Below are positions 1-13,300 of a stretch of DNA of 64,000 nucleotides, piece by piece. The position numbers and the translations under genes are program-made. Source of the DNA: Macrostomum hystrix (lineage: Eukaryota > Animalia > Platyhelminthes); the NCBI GenBank assembly GCA_950097015.1, contig CATNEN010000038.1, positions 21,142,001 to 21,206,000 of the forward strand, given 5' to 3'. Position 1 is the first letter of the stretch. Each line of letters begins with the position of its first letter. The notes under the pieces are model-generated. The model worked only from the letters and a program-made list of their open reading frames with translations, did no database searches and was not told where the DNA came from.

Positions 1-2630
1 CATTCAGTGCCTGAAGTTTTCACTATGGAACAGGCATCTCATCATTCATTCAGTGCCTGAAGTTTTCACTATGGAACAGGCATCTCATCATTCATTCAGT
101 GCCTGAAGTTTTCACTATGGAACAGGCATCTCATCATTCATTCATTGCCTGAAGTTTTCACTATGGAACAGGCATCTCATCATTCATTCATTGCCTGAAG
201 TTTTCACTATGGAACAGGCATCTCATCATTCATTCATTGCCTGAAGTTTTCACTATGGAACAGGCATCTCATCATTCATTCATTGCCTGAAGTTTTCACT
301 ATGGAACAGGCATCTCATCATTCATTCAGTGCCTGAAGTTTTCACTATGGAACAGGCATCTCATCATTCATTCAGTGCCTGAAGTTTTCACTATGGAACA
401 GGCATCTCATCATTCATTCAGTGCCTGAAGTTTTCACTATGGAACAGGCATCTCATCATTCATTCAGTGCCTGAAGTTTTCACTATGGAACAGGCATCTC
501 ATCATTCATTCAGTGCCTGAAGTTTTCACTATGGAACAGGCATCTCATCATTCATTCATTGCCTGAAGTTTTCACTATGGAACAGGCATCTCATCATTCA
601 TTCATTGCCTGAAGTTTTCACTATGGAACAGGCATCTCATCATTCATTCAGTGCCTGAAGTTTTCACTATGGAACAGGCATCTCATCATTCATTCAGTGC
701 CTGAAGTTTTCACTATGGAACAGGCATCTCATCATTCATTCAGTGCCTGAAGTTTTCACTATGGAACAGGCATCTCATCATTCATTCAGTGCCTGAAGTT
801 TTCACTATGGAACAGGCATCTCATCATTCATTCAGTGCCTGAAGTTTTCACTATGGAACAGGCATCTCATCATTCATTCATTGCCTGAAGTTTTCACTAT
901 GGAACAGGCATCTCATCATTCATTCAGTGCCTGAAGTTTTCACTATGGAACAGGCATCTCATCATTCATTCAGTGCCTGAAGTTTTCACTATGGAACAGG
1001 CATCTCGTCATTCATTCAGTGCCTGAAGTTTTCACTATGGAACAGGCATCTCATCATTCATTCATTGCCTGAAGTTTTCACTATGGAACAGACATCTCAT
1101 CATTCATTCATTGCCTGAAGTTTTCACTATGGAACAGGCATCTCATCATTCATTCAGTGCCTGAAGTTTTCACTATGGAACAGACATCTCATCATTCATT
1201 CATTGCCTGAAGTTTTCACTATGGAACAGGCATCTCATCATTCATTCAGTGCCTGAAGTTTTCACTATGGAACAGGCATCTCATCATTCATTCAGTGCCT
1301 GAAGTTTTCACTATGGAACAGGCATCTCATCATTCATTCAGTGCCTGAAGTTTTCACTATGGAACAGGCATCTCATCATTCATTCATTGCCTGAAGTTTT
1401 CACTATGGAACAGGCATCTCATCATTCATTCATTGCCTGAAGTTTTCACTATGGAACAGGCATCTCATCATTCATTCATTGCCTGAAGTTTTCACTATGG
1501 AACAGGCATCTCATCATTCATTCATTGCCTGAAGTTTTCACTATGGAACAGGCATCTCATCATTCATTCATTGCCTGAAGTTTTCACTATGGAACAGGCA
1601 TCTCATCATTCATTCATTGCCTGAAGTTTTCACTATGGAACAGGCATCTCATCATTTATTCAGTGCCTGAAGTTTTCACTATGGAACAGACATCTCATCA
1701 TTCATTCAGTGCCTGAAGTTTTCACTATGGAACAGGCATCTCATCATTTATTCAGTGCCTGAAGTTTTCACTATGGAACAGGCATCTCATCATTCATTCA
1801 GTGCCTGAAGTTTTCACTATGGAACAGGCATCTCATCATTCATTCATTGCCTGAAGTTTTCACTATGGAACAGGCATCTCATCATTCATTCAGTGCCTGA
1901 AGTTTTCACTATGGAACAGGCATCTCATCATTCATTCAGTGCCTGAAGTTTTCACTATGGAACAGGCATCTCATCATTCATTCAGTGCCTGAAGTTTTCA
2001 CTATGGAACAGGCATCTCATCATTCATTCAGTGCCTGAAGTTTTCACTATGGAACAGGCATCTCATCATTTATTCAGTGCCTGAAGTTTTCACTATGGAA
2101 CAGGCATCTCATCATTCATTCAGTGCCTGAAGTTTTCACTATGGAACAGGCATCTCATCATTCATTCATTGCCTGAAGTTTTCACTATGGAACAGGCATC
2201 TCATCATTCATTCAGTGCCTGAAGTTTTCACTATGGAACAGGCATCTCATCATTCATTCAGTGCCTGAAGTTTTCACTATGGAACAGGCATCTCATCATT
2301 CATTCATTGCCTGAAGTTTTCACTATGGAACAGGCATCTCATCATTTATTCAGTGCCTGAAGTTTTCACTATGGAACAGGCATCTCATCATTCATTCATT
2401 GCCTGAAGTTTTCACTATGGAACAGGCATCTCATCATTCATTCATTGCCTGAAGTTTTCACTATGGAACAGGCATCTCATCATTCATTCAGTGCCTGAAG
2501 TTTTCACTATGGAACAGGCATCTCATCATTCATTCAGTGCCTGAAGTTTTCACTATGGAACAGGCATCTCATCATTCATTCATTGCCTGAAGTTTTCACT
2601 ATGGAACAGGCATCTCATCATTTATTCAGT
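1..2630. repeat. 46-bp tandem satellite (~57 copies, truncated by window start), probably intronic in SBP2
   Basis: Unit CATTCAGTGCCTGAAGTTTTCACTATGGAACAGGCATCTCATCATT repeated head to tail, mainly with one G/T variant; internal hairpin TGCCTG...CAGGCA; ends ~45 bp before the acceptor at 2676-2677. Confidence 0.97.
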
Positions 2631-2677
2631 GTACACTGTCGATAAACTCAACGACAGTAGAAAAATTTTTTTTTCAG

Positions 2678-2776
2678 ACGAAAGGCCGCCTCAGCTGACG
2701 CAGCCCCATCAGCTGTTGCGCCAGAACCTGAAGCCGACGATGTTAAAGACGTTGCTAACAAAGTCGCTGTTGACGA

Positions 2777-2811
<35 letters not shown>

Positions 2812-5800
2812 CTGCTCAGTTAAATCCGACACCAGAAGCTCTTTTAAAGCAGTCTTCATTGCACAGTCGTCGTTTTCGAGAATACTGCGATCAGCTGATC
2901 TTGAAGTCCGTGCAGGAATTATCAGCCAAGGTTCTGCGTGACCTACTATTCTTCCAGACCAGAGCGCGGGCCAAGGACCCGGCCAAGGCCAAGCAGAAGC
3001 GCCGGCTGGTCATGGGACTGCGCGAGGCCCGTAAGCACATCGGATTGAACAGGATTCGCCTGGTGTTCATCTCGCCAGATTTGGAACGGGTTCAAACTCC
3101 CGGCGGCCTTGACGACAGCATCAATCAGCTGATTGGGCTGTGCCAGCAGCGCCAGGTGCCCTACGTGTTCGGGTTGAAACGACGCGAGATGGGCCGAGTG
3201 CTGCGAAAGACTGTGCCAGTGTCTGTTGTTGCTGTGTTCGATTATCAGGGCTGCGAAGCAAATGTCAATGCTCTGCTTGAGTAAGCGCTCTCAGCAGGAA
3301 CTGCGGATTAGGGATAAGATAAGAATCGGGAACAAGGGATTTGGGATTAGAGATAATGAATCGGACTCACGACTTGAAGGTCGGGGGTTCGATTCCCGAC
3401 TCCATTGGAACAATTTGTGCCCTTTAGCAAGACACTTAACTCTACATTGCTTCAGTTCACCCAGCTGTTAAATGGGTACCCCCAGTCCATGGACTGAACA
3501 GCTGTACGCAGCTTTCAGATACGCCACACAATAGCTGCGGCTGTGCTGTCGGCTGCACATCTGACCCAATTAAGCAGGTGTAATCAATTCATTATTTAAT
3601 TCTATTTCATTCCATTTCATTCTAGCTCATTCCATTTCATTCTAGCTCATTCCATTTCATTCTAGCTCATTCCATTTCATTCTATTGCATTCCATTTCAT
3701 TCTATTCCATTTCATTCTATTCCATTCCATTTCATTCTATTCCATTCCATTTCATTCTATTCCATTCCATTTCATTCTATTCCATTCCATTTTATTCTAT
3801 TCCATTACATTTCATTCTATTCCATTCCATTTCATTCTATTCCATTCCATTTCATTCTATTCCATTCCATTTCATTCCATTTCATTCTATTCCATTCCAT
3901 TTCATTCTATTCCATTCCATTTCATTCTATTCCATTCCATCTCATTCTATTCCATTCCATTTCATTCTATTCCATTCCATTTCATTCTATTCCATTCCAT
4001 TTCATTCTATTCCATTCCATCTCATTCTATTCCATTCCATTTCATTCTATTCCATTCCATTTCATTCTATTCCATTCCATTTCATTCTATTCCATTCCAT
4101 CTCATTCTATTCCATTCCATCTCATTCTATTCCATTCCATTTCATTCTATTCCATTTCATTCTATTCCATTCCATTTCCTTCTATTCCATTCCATTTCAT
4201 TCTATTCCATTACATTTCATTCTATTCCATTCCATTTCATTCTATTCCATTACATTTCATTCTATTCCATTCCATCTCATTCTATTCCATTCCATCTCAT
4301 TCTATTCCATTCCATCTCATTCTATTCCATTCCATTTCATTCTATTCCATTCCATCTCATTCTATTCCATTCCATCTCATTCTATTCCATTACATTTCAT
4401 TCTATTCCATTCCATTTCATTCTATTCCATTCCATTTCATTCTATTCCATTCCATTTCATTCCATTTCATTCTATTCCATTCCATTTTATTCTATTCCAT
4501 TCCATCTCATTCTATTCCATTCCATTTCATTCTATTCCATTCCATTTCATTCTATTCCATTCCATTTCATTATATTCCATTCCATTTCATTCTATTCCAT
4601 TCCATCTCATTCTATTCCATTCCATTTCATTCTATTCCATTACATTTCATTCTATTCCATTCCATCTCATTCTATTCCATTCCATCTCATTCTATTCCAT
4701 TCCATCTCATTCTATTCCATTCCATTTCATTCTATTCCATTGCATTTCATTCTATTCCATTCCATTTCATTCTATTCCATTCCATTTCATTCTATTCCAT
4801 TCCATTTCATTCTATTCCATTCCATTTTATTCTATTCCATTCCATTCCATTCTATTCCATTGCATTTCATTCTATTCTATTCCATTTCATTCTATTCCAT
4901 TCCATTTCATTCTATTCCATTCCATTTCATTCTATTCCATTGCATTTCATTCTATTCCATTCCATTCCATTCTATTCCATTCCATTTCATTCTATTCCAT
5001 TCCATTTTATTCTATTCCATTCCATTCCATTCTATTCCATTGCATTTCATTCTATTCTATTCCATTTCATTCTATTCCATTCCATTTCATTCTATTCCAT
5101 TCCATTTCATTCTATTCCATTGCATTTCATTCTATTCCATTCCATTCCATTCTATTCCATTCCATTTTATTCTATTCCATTCCATTCCATTCTATTCCAT
5201 TCCATTTTATTCTATTCCATTCCATTTCATTCTATTCCATTCCATTTCATTCTATTCCATTCCATTGCATTCTATTCCATTCCATTTCATTCTATTCCAT
5301 TCCATTTCATTCTATTCCATTCCATTTCATTCTATTCCATTCCATTTCATTCTATTCCATTCCATTTTATTCTATTCCATTCCATTTTATTCTATTCCAT
5401 TCCATTTTATTCTATTCCATTCCATTTCATTCTATTCCATTCCATTTCATTCTATTCCATTCCATTGCATTCTATTCCATTCCATTTCATTCTATTCCAT
5501 TCCATTTCATTCTATTCCATTCCATCTCATTCTATTCCATTGCATTTCATTCTATTCCATTCCATTTCATTCTATTCCATTCCATTTTATTCTATTCCAT
5601 TCCATTCCATTCTATTCCATTGCATTTCATTCTATTCTATTCCATTTCATTCTATTCCATTCCATTTCATTCTATTCCATTCCATTTCATTCTATTCCAT
5701 TGCATTTCATTCTATTCCATTCCATTCCATTCTATTCCATTCCATTTTATTCTATTCCATTCCATTCCATTCTATTCCATTCCATTTTATTCTATTCCAT

Positions 5801-6926
5801 TCCATTTCATTCTATTCCATTCCATTTCATTCTATTCCATTCCATTGCATTCTATTCCATTCCATTTCATTCTATTCCATTCCATTTCATTCTATTCCAT
5901 TCCATTTCATTCTATTCCATTCCATTTCATTCTATTCCATTCCATTTTATTCTATTCCATTCCATTTTATTCTATTCCATTCCATTTTATTCTATTCCAT
6001 TCCATTTTATTCTATTCCATTCCATTTCATTCTATTCCATTCCATTTCATTCTATTCCATTCCATTGCATTCTATTCCATTCCATTTCATTCTATTCCAT
6101 TCCATCTCATTCTATTCCATTCCATTTCATTCTATTCCATTGCATTTCATTCTATTCCATTCCATTTCATTCTATTCCATTCCATTTCATTCTATTCCAT
6201 TCCATTTCATTCTATTCCATTCCATTTTATTCTATTCCATTCCATTCCATTCTATTCCATTGCATTTCATTCTATTCTATTCCATTTCATTCTATTCCAT
6301 TCCATTTCATTCTATTCCATTCCATTTCATTCTATTCCATTGCATTTCATTCTATTCCATTCCATTTCATTCTATTCCATTCCATTTCATTCTATTCCAT
6401 TCCATTTTATTCTATTCCATTCCATTTTATTCTATTCCATTCCATTTCATTCTATTCCATTCCATTCCATTCAATTCAATTTGCTATTATTCTACTACAA
6501 TCAAGGTTGGTTCGCAAAGCCAAGGACGACTATCAGACCCTAAGTCGCGTGGCACTCGAATGCGTCCAAGATGACAGCGATGCAACCGATGCTGCCAAAC
6601 CCGTTGATCAGCCAGATCATCAAGAAGGTCAGCAGCAGCAGCAGCGGCCGGCAGTAAGTCATTCGCGAAATCCAAGCGACACGTCCAATGCAGTTAGCGA
6701 ACCAATCAGCGATGTTGACGCTAACGCTCCTTCGGCGGGTCAGGTAGCATCAGCAGCAGCAGCGCAGTCATCCTCTCAGCACTACGGCTTTCACAGTCGT
6801 CAATCGTCCCTTGGCGTTGTAGTCATTGCTCAGCCCATTGAAGAGCTTAGCGATAAACCAGACAGTGGCACTTCTGACCAGGCGAAGGAAGACAAAGTCG
6901 CCAACTGGTTGGTTAAAGATGTGTGA
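2678..6926 (+). CDS. SECISBP2: SECIS-binding protein 2 (SBP2/SECISBP2-like), last two exons 2678-3280 and 6506-6926; 5' exons lie outside the window
   Basis: LHSRRFREYCDQ motif plus L7Ae domain (KRRLVMGLREARKH...GGLDD...VPYVFGLKRREMGR...PVSVVAVFDYQG). Acceptor ttttcag|2678, donor 3280|gtaagc, acceptor tcaag|6506. The phase-2 join GA+G keeps the frame (E-LVRKAKDDY) through to TGA at 6926. Confidence 0.9.
3359..3592 (+). mobile_element. tRNA-derived CORE-like SINE, family A (5'-truncated)
   Basis: B box GGTTCGATTCC, CORE-like CCTTTAGCAAGACACTTAACTCT...CAGTTCACCCAGCTGTTAAATGGG, and the same 3' tail as the 8932 copy. Confidence 0.8.
3595..6480. repeat. Pentamer-based satellite with 20-bp unit TCCATTTCATTCTATTCCAT, in SBP2 intron
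   Basis: ~2.9 kb of ATTCC-like pentamers; the long ORFs over it are stop-free repeat artefacts. Confidence 0.97.
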
Positions 6927-7119
6927 CAATCTAAAGCTTTTAATTCTTACAATTCGAAATTAACTAAAGTCTTTTTTATAGATTTCAATTGTCAAACTGA
7001 ATTATTAATGATTTTTTTTGTACAGAAAGTTCTAAAATTTTATATTAAATACCTTCTTATGACTAACAGTAGCCTGTAAACTGCTGTTTTTAGAACTTGT
7101 TCAAACAGTTGACTTTACT

Positions 7120-7455
7120 AAAGTCTGTAATACTGTAGACAGAACAGAAATCTGTAATACTGTAGACAGAACAGAAATCTGTAATACTGTAGACAGAACA
7201 GAAGTCTGTAATACTGTAGACAGAACAGAAACCTGTAATACTGTAGACAGAACAGAAATCTGTAATGCTGTAGACAGAACAGAAGTCTGTAATACTGTAG
7301 ACAGAACAGAAATTTGTAATACTGTAGACAGAACAGAAATCTGTAATACTGTAGACAGAACAGAAATCTGTAATACTGTAGACAGAACAGAAACCTGTAA
7401 TACTGTAGACAGAACAGAAATCTGTAATGCTGTAGACAGAACAGAAATTTGTAGG
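7120..7455. repeat. 27-bp minisatellite
   Basis: TCTGTAATACTGTAGACAGAACAGAAA, ~12 copies. Confidence 0.95.
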
Positions 7456-7799
7456 TAGGCTTAAAAAATGTTTATGGAAGCAGTTGTCATAATTAAGTAC
7501 CTAATATTGTAAATATTAAACATAGTAATCGAAGCTTGACAAGCATGACATAAAATGCAGGGTTTTTATATTAACCTAGTAAAATTATGTGGACCAAAAG
7601 AAAATAAAAATTTCTTCATTTCGTGGTTTTTCTTTCGCTTGCTGAATTTTCTTGTCCGTCAAGCATTACTGTTTAAATAAAACATTGAGCAGATTTTGAT
7701 TGGGTAATCTATCATCTTGTTTGGTCTAAAACATAATAATATATTTTAAACTTTTAATGTACGAATTTACATTGATTTTTTTCATTTTTCTAATTTTTT

Positions 7800-8592
7800 A
7801 ATCTTACAGTCTGTCTGTCTAGATCTTACAGTCTGTCTAGATCTTACAGTCTGTCTGTTTAGATCTTACAGTGTGTCTGTCTAGATCTTACAGTGCGTCT
7901 GTCTAGATCTTATAGTGTGTCTGTCTAGATCTTACAGTGTGTCTGTCTAGATCTTACAGTGTGTCTGTCTAGATCTTACAGTCTGTCTGTCTAGATCTTA
8001 CAGTCTGTCTGTTTAGATCTTACAGTGTGTCTGTCTAGATCTTGCAGTGTTTCTGTCTAGATCTTACAGTGTGTCTGTCTAGATCTTACAGTCTGTCTGT
8101 TTAGATCTTACAGTGTGTCTGTCTAGATCTTACAGTGTGTCTGTCTAGATCTTACAGTCTGTCTGTTTAGATCTTACAGTGTGTCTGTCTAGATCTTGCA
8201 GTGTTTCTGTCTAGATCTTACAGTGTGTCTGTCTAGATCTTACAGTCTGTCTGTTTAGATCTTACAGTGTGTCTGTCTAGATCTTACAGTGTGTCTGTCT
8301 AGATCTTACAGTCTGTCTGTTTAGATCTTACAGTGTGTCTGTCTAGATCTTACAGTGTTTCTGTCTAGATCTTACAGTCTGTCTGTCTAGATCTTACAGT
8401 CTGTCTGTCTAGATCTTACAGTCTGTCTGTCTAGATCTTACAGTCTGTCTGTCTCGATCTTACAGTCAGCCTGCTTAGATCTTACAGTCTGTCTGTCTAG
8501 ATCTTACAGTCTGTCTGTCTAGATCTTACAGTCTGTCTGTCTAGATCTTACAGTCTGTCTGTCTAGATCTTACAGTCTGTCTGTGTAGATCT
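7800..8592. repeat. 22-bp minisatellite
   Basis: AGATCTTACAGTCTGTCTGTCT, ~36 copies. Confidence 0.95.
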
Positions 8593-8931
8593 GTTTTTGT
8601 GTTTGCGTGTCCCTGACACTGAAGTCCTGTAATTTAAGTCGACAAATTGATTAGCTGATGGACTTGGTTAGAATGTAAATTTTTCGTCATTAAAATGAGT
8701 TGGTCAAATTCGAATTACTTTTCAGTCAGATAGCCTGTGCCCCTAGAGGCCTGGCTTCCAGTTTTGGTGAATTACCGAACCAAACAAATGCAGCATATTA
8801 ACTTGCCGAGTACTGAAGTATCTAAATTCAATCCAATTTCGTCTTTCCAAAGTTGATAAATATACACGAGGCTATCTAGGAGTAATAAAATTATTCATTC
8901 AATAGACTGTCTGCTAATACCCAGAAGACAG

Positions 8932-9238
8932 AGGTTGTAGCCTAGTGGTTAGACGTCGGACTCACGACTTGAAGGTCGGGGGTTCGATTCCCGACTCCAT
9001 TGAAACAATTTGTGTCCTTTAGTAGGACACTAAACTCTGCATCTGCATTGCTTCAGTTCATCCAGCTGTTAAATGGGTGCCAGCATTAGCTGGGATAATT
9101 GAAGGTGGGTGTGGCGTCCCCCCAGTCCATGGACTGAACAGCTGTACGCAGTCTTCAGATGCGCCGCGAAGTAGCTACGGCTGTGCTGTCTGCTGCGCAT
9201 CTGGCCCGATTGGGGCAGGTGTAATCAATTAATTAATT
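8932..9238 (+). mobile_element. tRNA-derived CORE-like SINE, family A (full length)
   Basis: A box TAGCCTAGTGG, B box GGTTCGATTCC, MIR/CORE-like middle, conserved 3' region CAGTCCATGGACTGAACAGCTGTACGCAG..., AT-rich tail; at least 8 related copies in the window. Confidence 0.85.
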
Positions 9239-9635
9239 CCCTAATATACCAACTACACACCAAGCTAAATTTCTGTCATATCCAGCTGATGCTGGGGCCA
9301 GTTTTACATCTGGGTAAACAAAAGCACTTGGTAATTAAGTGTCTTGCTTAATGACACTTCCTTTAGGGTGAAAATCGAACTACCGACCCACTGCTCTTAT
9401 TGCAGAGAAAAAATGAAATAATTATACAAAGGTACGTCACAAGTCACAACTTTTCGAGTTAATCTTTGGAAAATGACTATTTTTTTCCCGAAAGTAGCTC
9501 GTATTTTAAGCACAGTTTACTAACAGAAACAGTTACGAGTACATGCACTTGAGGTTCACCCTAGAAGATAAATAGTTTATTGATATATTTATATTAAACA
9601 ACTTTATAAATCAGACAAAACTAACGTAGTTTATC

Positions 9636-9850
9636 GGGTTGGGCCAGGTTAACGCGTTTGCCTCTCGCACCAAGGTCCCTGAGCTCGATTCCGCGGCTCG
9701 GGGGTTTGTCGTGCCCTTGTCGGGCCAACCTCCAAGGCACAGTGAGAGTGTACACTGCCTGAGGATGAGAAATGTGTGCTCAGGGGTCAGCGAAATTGGT
9801 AGAATTGCCTCCTCGCTGGCTGCGGGTCTACTGTCACAAAATAATGTGGT
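9636..9850 (+). mobile_element. tRNA-derived SINE, family B (internally deleted)
   Basis: GTTAACGCGTTTGCCTCTCGCACCAAGGTCCCTGAGCTCGATTCC head and GGGCCAACCTCCAAGGCACAGTG body, shared with the 58246 copy. Confidence 0.75.
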
Positions 9851-10353
9851 TATAAACGCAATTTATCAGTGTTCTCTTCCATGTCCTGACGTAGGAAATT
9901 AGCAGGTAGTTCATTGCCAAGCCTATATCCGCTTGTCTAAATCGACCAATCCGCTGTGAGTTTCACCAACCACTTAGCGCTAGGCCAAATTGGCTGAGGG
10001 GACCGCTAGTCGTTCTGTCCGGACTATATGGAAGCGTAGGGTATTTTTTGTTCAACTGTTGAGTGTTTCATCCCCGTTGCCAGGCAAATATTTGTCCTCA
10101 CGCGCGCCGAATCGTCACCGCTCAAACCTCTCCAATTCGAGTCTCGATTTCCTGTCCGCTATAGTGCCACCCCGATGGAGCACTCGTGCATTAGTCTGAG
10201 TCGATAGTTCATTGACGGATTCGGTGTCGCACAGCTGTAGCCAGCAGCAGCAGCAGCAGCAGCCAATAACTGTTTTCTTTTTCTTTCACCGTCTGTCACA
10301 CGGAAAATCGAATTCTTCTGACGAGTTGACAAGAATGAAATAGTTAGGAAATC

Positions 10354-13300
10354 ATGCCAAACCAGGGTGGCCTGATAACAGACCAGCTGAGCTGCTGTGA
10401 CGAGTCTGCCAGCCAGTCGGTCGAGTTGACATCAATCGTCAGTCAGGATCTGCGGCAGTCGGCGGAGGCTACCAAGATGACCGCGGACGCTTCGCACTTC
10501 GGCGAGGCCGCGAATGAGTCAGAGGCAACTTCCGCTGGCTCACCTGCGACGGAGAATCGCAGTGAAATCGGACGCATTCTAAGACTCGCATTTCCCGTGG
10601 TAACGTTGAACAATGTTTTATTGTTTCTAATAGGCTTTTTGTCCTCATAGGCTTAGCTTATTCTGTCCGTCTGTCTCCGAAGTCAGACTCTTGCATCAAA
10701 GTCATGAGCTTCTTCTTCTTCGGGCGAGCGCCGGGCGTCAAAGGATGCCCGCCTTGCCAAGGTCGGGGTTTTGGCCCCAGTGGAGGCAGGGGTGCGGAGT
10801 CAAGGCGGGCAGGCAGTAAGGAAGTGGACCGCGAGGTTGCTTACCGACGGTCCTGAGCTCGAATCCGCTGCGTGGCCTCATTAACTTGGGGCGCATGACC
10901 TATCATTGCACTGTGCCTGATTGTGAAAAAAGTCTGGGTACACCTTCACCACAGCTATTTGCAACCTGCACAGGTTCATTTTTATTAGATATTAGATTTT
11001 AACTAAATAACAACAAAGTTATACATATCTTCTAAATTTCTTGTTTCCAGGTTATTTTCAGAAAATTTCATCTATACTAAAACAAAAGTTTAGCGCAAGA
11101 TTCCATTTGCAATATTGAGAAATTTAACAAGTTAAAGAATTTAACTTAAATTAGCAAGTTTGACTTGCTTGGTCATTTAAATGTAGATATACTAGGTTGG
11201 TGAATCTTAATTACCCAATTGCTTCAGTTGAACCAACTGTAAAACGTGGCAGAAATACGGTACAGACTACCAAGGACTGTACATCTGGCCTAAATAGGGT
11301 TTGGTGTCATTCATGTCGTTTTGCTTTTTGTATCAGTCTCTATCAGTTATTCATGTCATGTGCTTGGGTCGATAGGAAGGGCAGAAAATTCAAGACTCCA
11401 AAAATTAAATTCCTAGAAAAACACTAGACCTCTGAAAGCATATAAGAATCGTGCCTGATAGTAACATCTCGCAGTGTCTTGACAAAGCCAAGTCGTTGAA
11501 TTATTGATTCAGGGTAGCTTCTGCAGTATACAGTGAAGAAGATATATTCAGATTGCAGCTAATTCTTGGATTAAGCACGTCTCATTTGCCTTGGTTGGTT
11601 CAAGTAAATACTTGATGAACTCTGCTATTAGCGATGTATTAACTAGCCTTCTGGAAACTAAAATGTGACTGTAATCGGCTGTTTAGAAACTGTTGATATT
11701 GGCTTTTAACAGTATCGAACGATCGAAAAATATGCACAGCCTTTTTTTATTACACCTGCCCCAATTGGGTCAGATGTGCAGCCGACAGCACAGCCACAGC
11801 TTATGCGCGGCGCATCTGAAGGCTGCGTACAGCTGTTCAGTCCACGGACTGGGGGGACGCCACACCCACCTTCAATTATCCCAGCTGATGCTGGTACCCA
11901 TTTTAACAGCTGGGTGAACTGAAGCAATACAGAGTTAAGTGTCTTGCTAAAGGACGCAAATTGCTCCAGTGGAGTCGGGAATCGAACCCCCGACCTTCAA
12001 GTCGTGAGTCCGACGCCTTAACCACTAGGCTACAACCTCTACAGCCTACTTCACGATAGCTCCCAAACCGAATGATTGATTTTCGTGAAAGTCCACAATA
12101 AGGATCAAAATGTTCCACTCTTGACGATGAACTAACATTCAAAGCCGTCCGACGTCAGCCTCGTTGATATATTCAACGATTCTTGTCGAAGACCCAGGTG
12201 ACAAGGACAACTTACATTGCTCTGTACAGCTCGTAGACCTCTTTGATGAATCCAAATTGGTTTAATAAAAAATATGGAAAAGTTGAACAACAATAATTGC
12301 CGACACGGTTTTGATGTGATAAAGTTTTGTTTTACAAAAAGTGTTTACAAAAAGTGAAATAACAAGCAATAAGGACCAACTTGGTTTCGATTCATTAATC
12401 TAAAATAGCCATCTGTGCTGTCCATCACAAACAAAGCATGGCTGTTCGTATAGTTTGACTATGGTCAATTATTTTCTAAGCAAAGCCGCAAACAACTATT
12501 TTGTGCATGGTGTGACATTGGTCGCGAGTTGCTGCTCGAGGCAGGCCCATTAATGGCGAGTCGCAATCATGTAGGCTTAGTGAACAAGGTGATAGTGTCG
12601 GCGGTACTCAGTTAGTCAATTATTTAGTGCCGATGGGTCGATGGGTGAAGACAAATGTCGGGGGGGAAATTTGGGGATGAGCGAAGGAATGGCGAGTGGG
12701 ATACTTGAGAACTGCCTGGTATTAGAAATTCCCAGCATTGCGTGATCATTCTCATTGCCGTGTAGTGCCTACTAATATTCTCCTAACTTTAACAGCCGAT
12801 CCCTCATCTAGAGACGGGATTAAATATATCTTTTCATTCACTTTCTATTTGAACTTGCCGCAATAAAGACACGCGTTAGATGTATGTAATGTACAGTAAT
12901 CCGTGCATTTTATATGCTGGTTAAAAGGTTCCGCGACTTAAAAACAACAAAATGTACTTTCATTTGCTATCCCAAGGTTTGTTACTCAACATTATGGAAT
13001 CAAAACAGAAATAAATGAATGTACAGTTCAATTGTTAAACCGCAGTTATTTCAAGGCGAATTAAAAGGCTGCCTAAGGCTCTACAGAATGTGGCTCAAAG
13101 TATTTTACTTTAGTGTTTTGCTTTAAGAAGGGGGCATCAACCGGATTTAGCAAGTCCCTGGCAACCATGGAAACTAACGCTGCGGTGTCGCGCAGGGGAT
13201 CCGGCGATGCCATGGCGCTCGCCCGGTGGACCTTTGGTATCGAATGAAACTGGCAGATATTCTCATGCCTGAAAACGTTGGAGAGTTCCATGTTTCTCTT

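Noticed and set aside
1-2630. CRISPR array (hairpin-containing repeats)
   Set aside because: No unique spacers, no cas genes, and a eukaryotic context; it is a plain tandem satellite.
3685-6505. Long ORFs of 952, 728 and 544 aa
   Set aside because: Stop-free translations of a pentamer satellite inside a GT-AG intron; only 6506-6926 is exon.
8932-9002. tRNA genes (also near 11970, 58250 and others)
   Set aside because: No proper acceptor stem, and each continues into a shared SINE body.
10705-10810. GC-rich segment next to (CTT)n, possibly another LINE 3' end
   Set aside because: Single short occurrence with no TSD or coding evidence.
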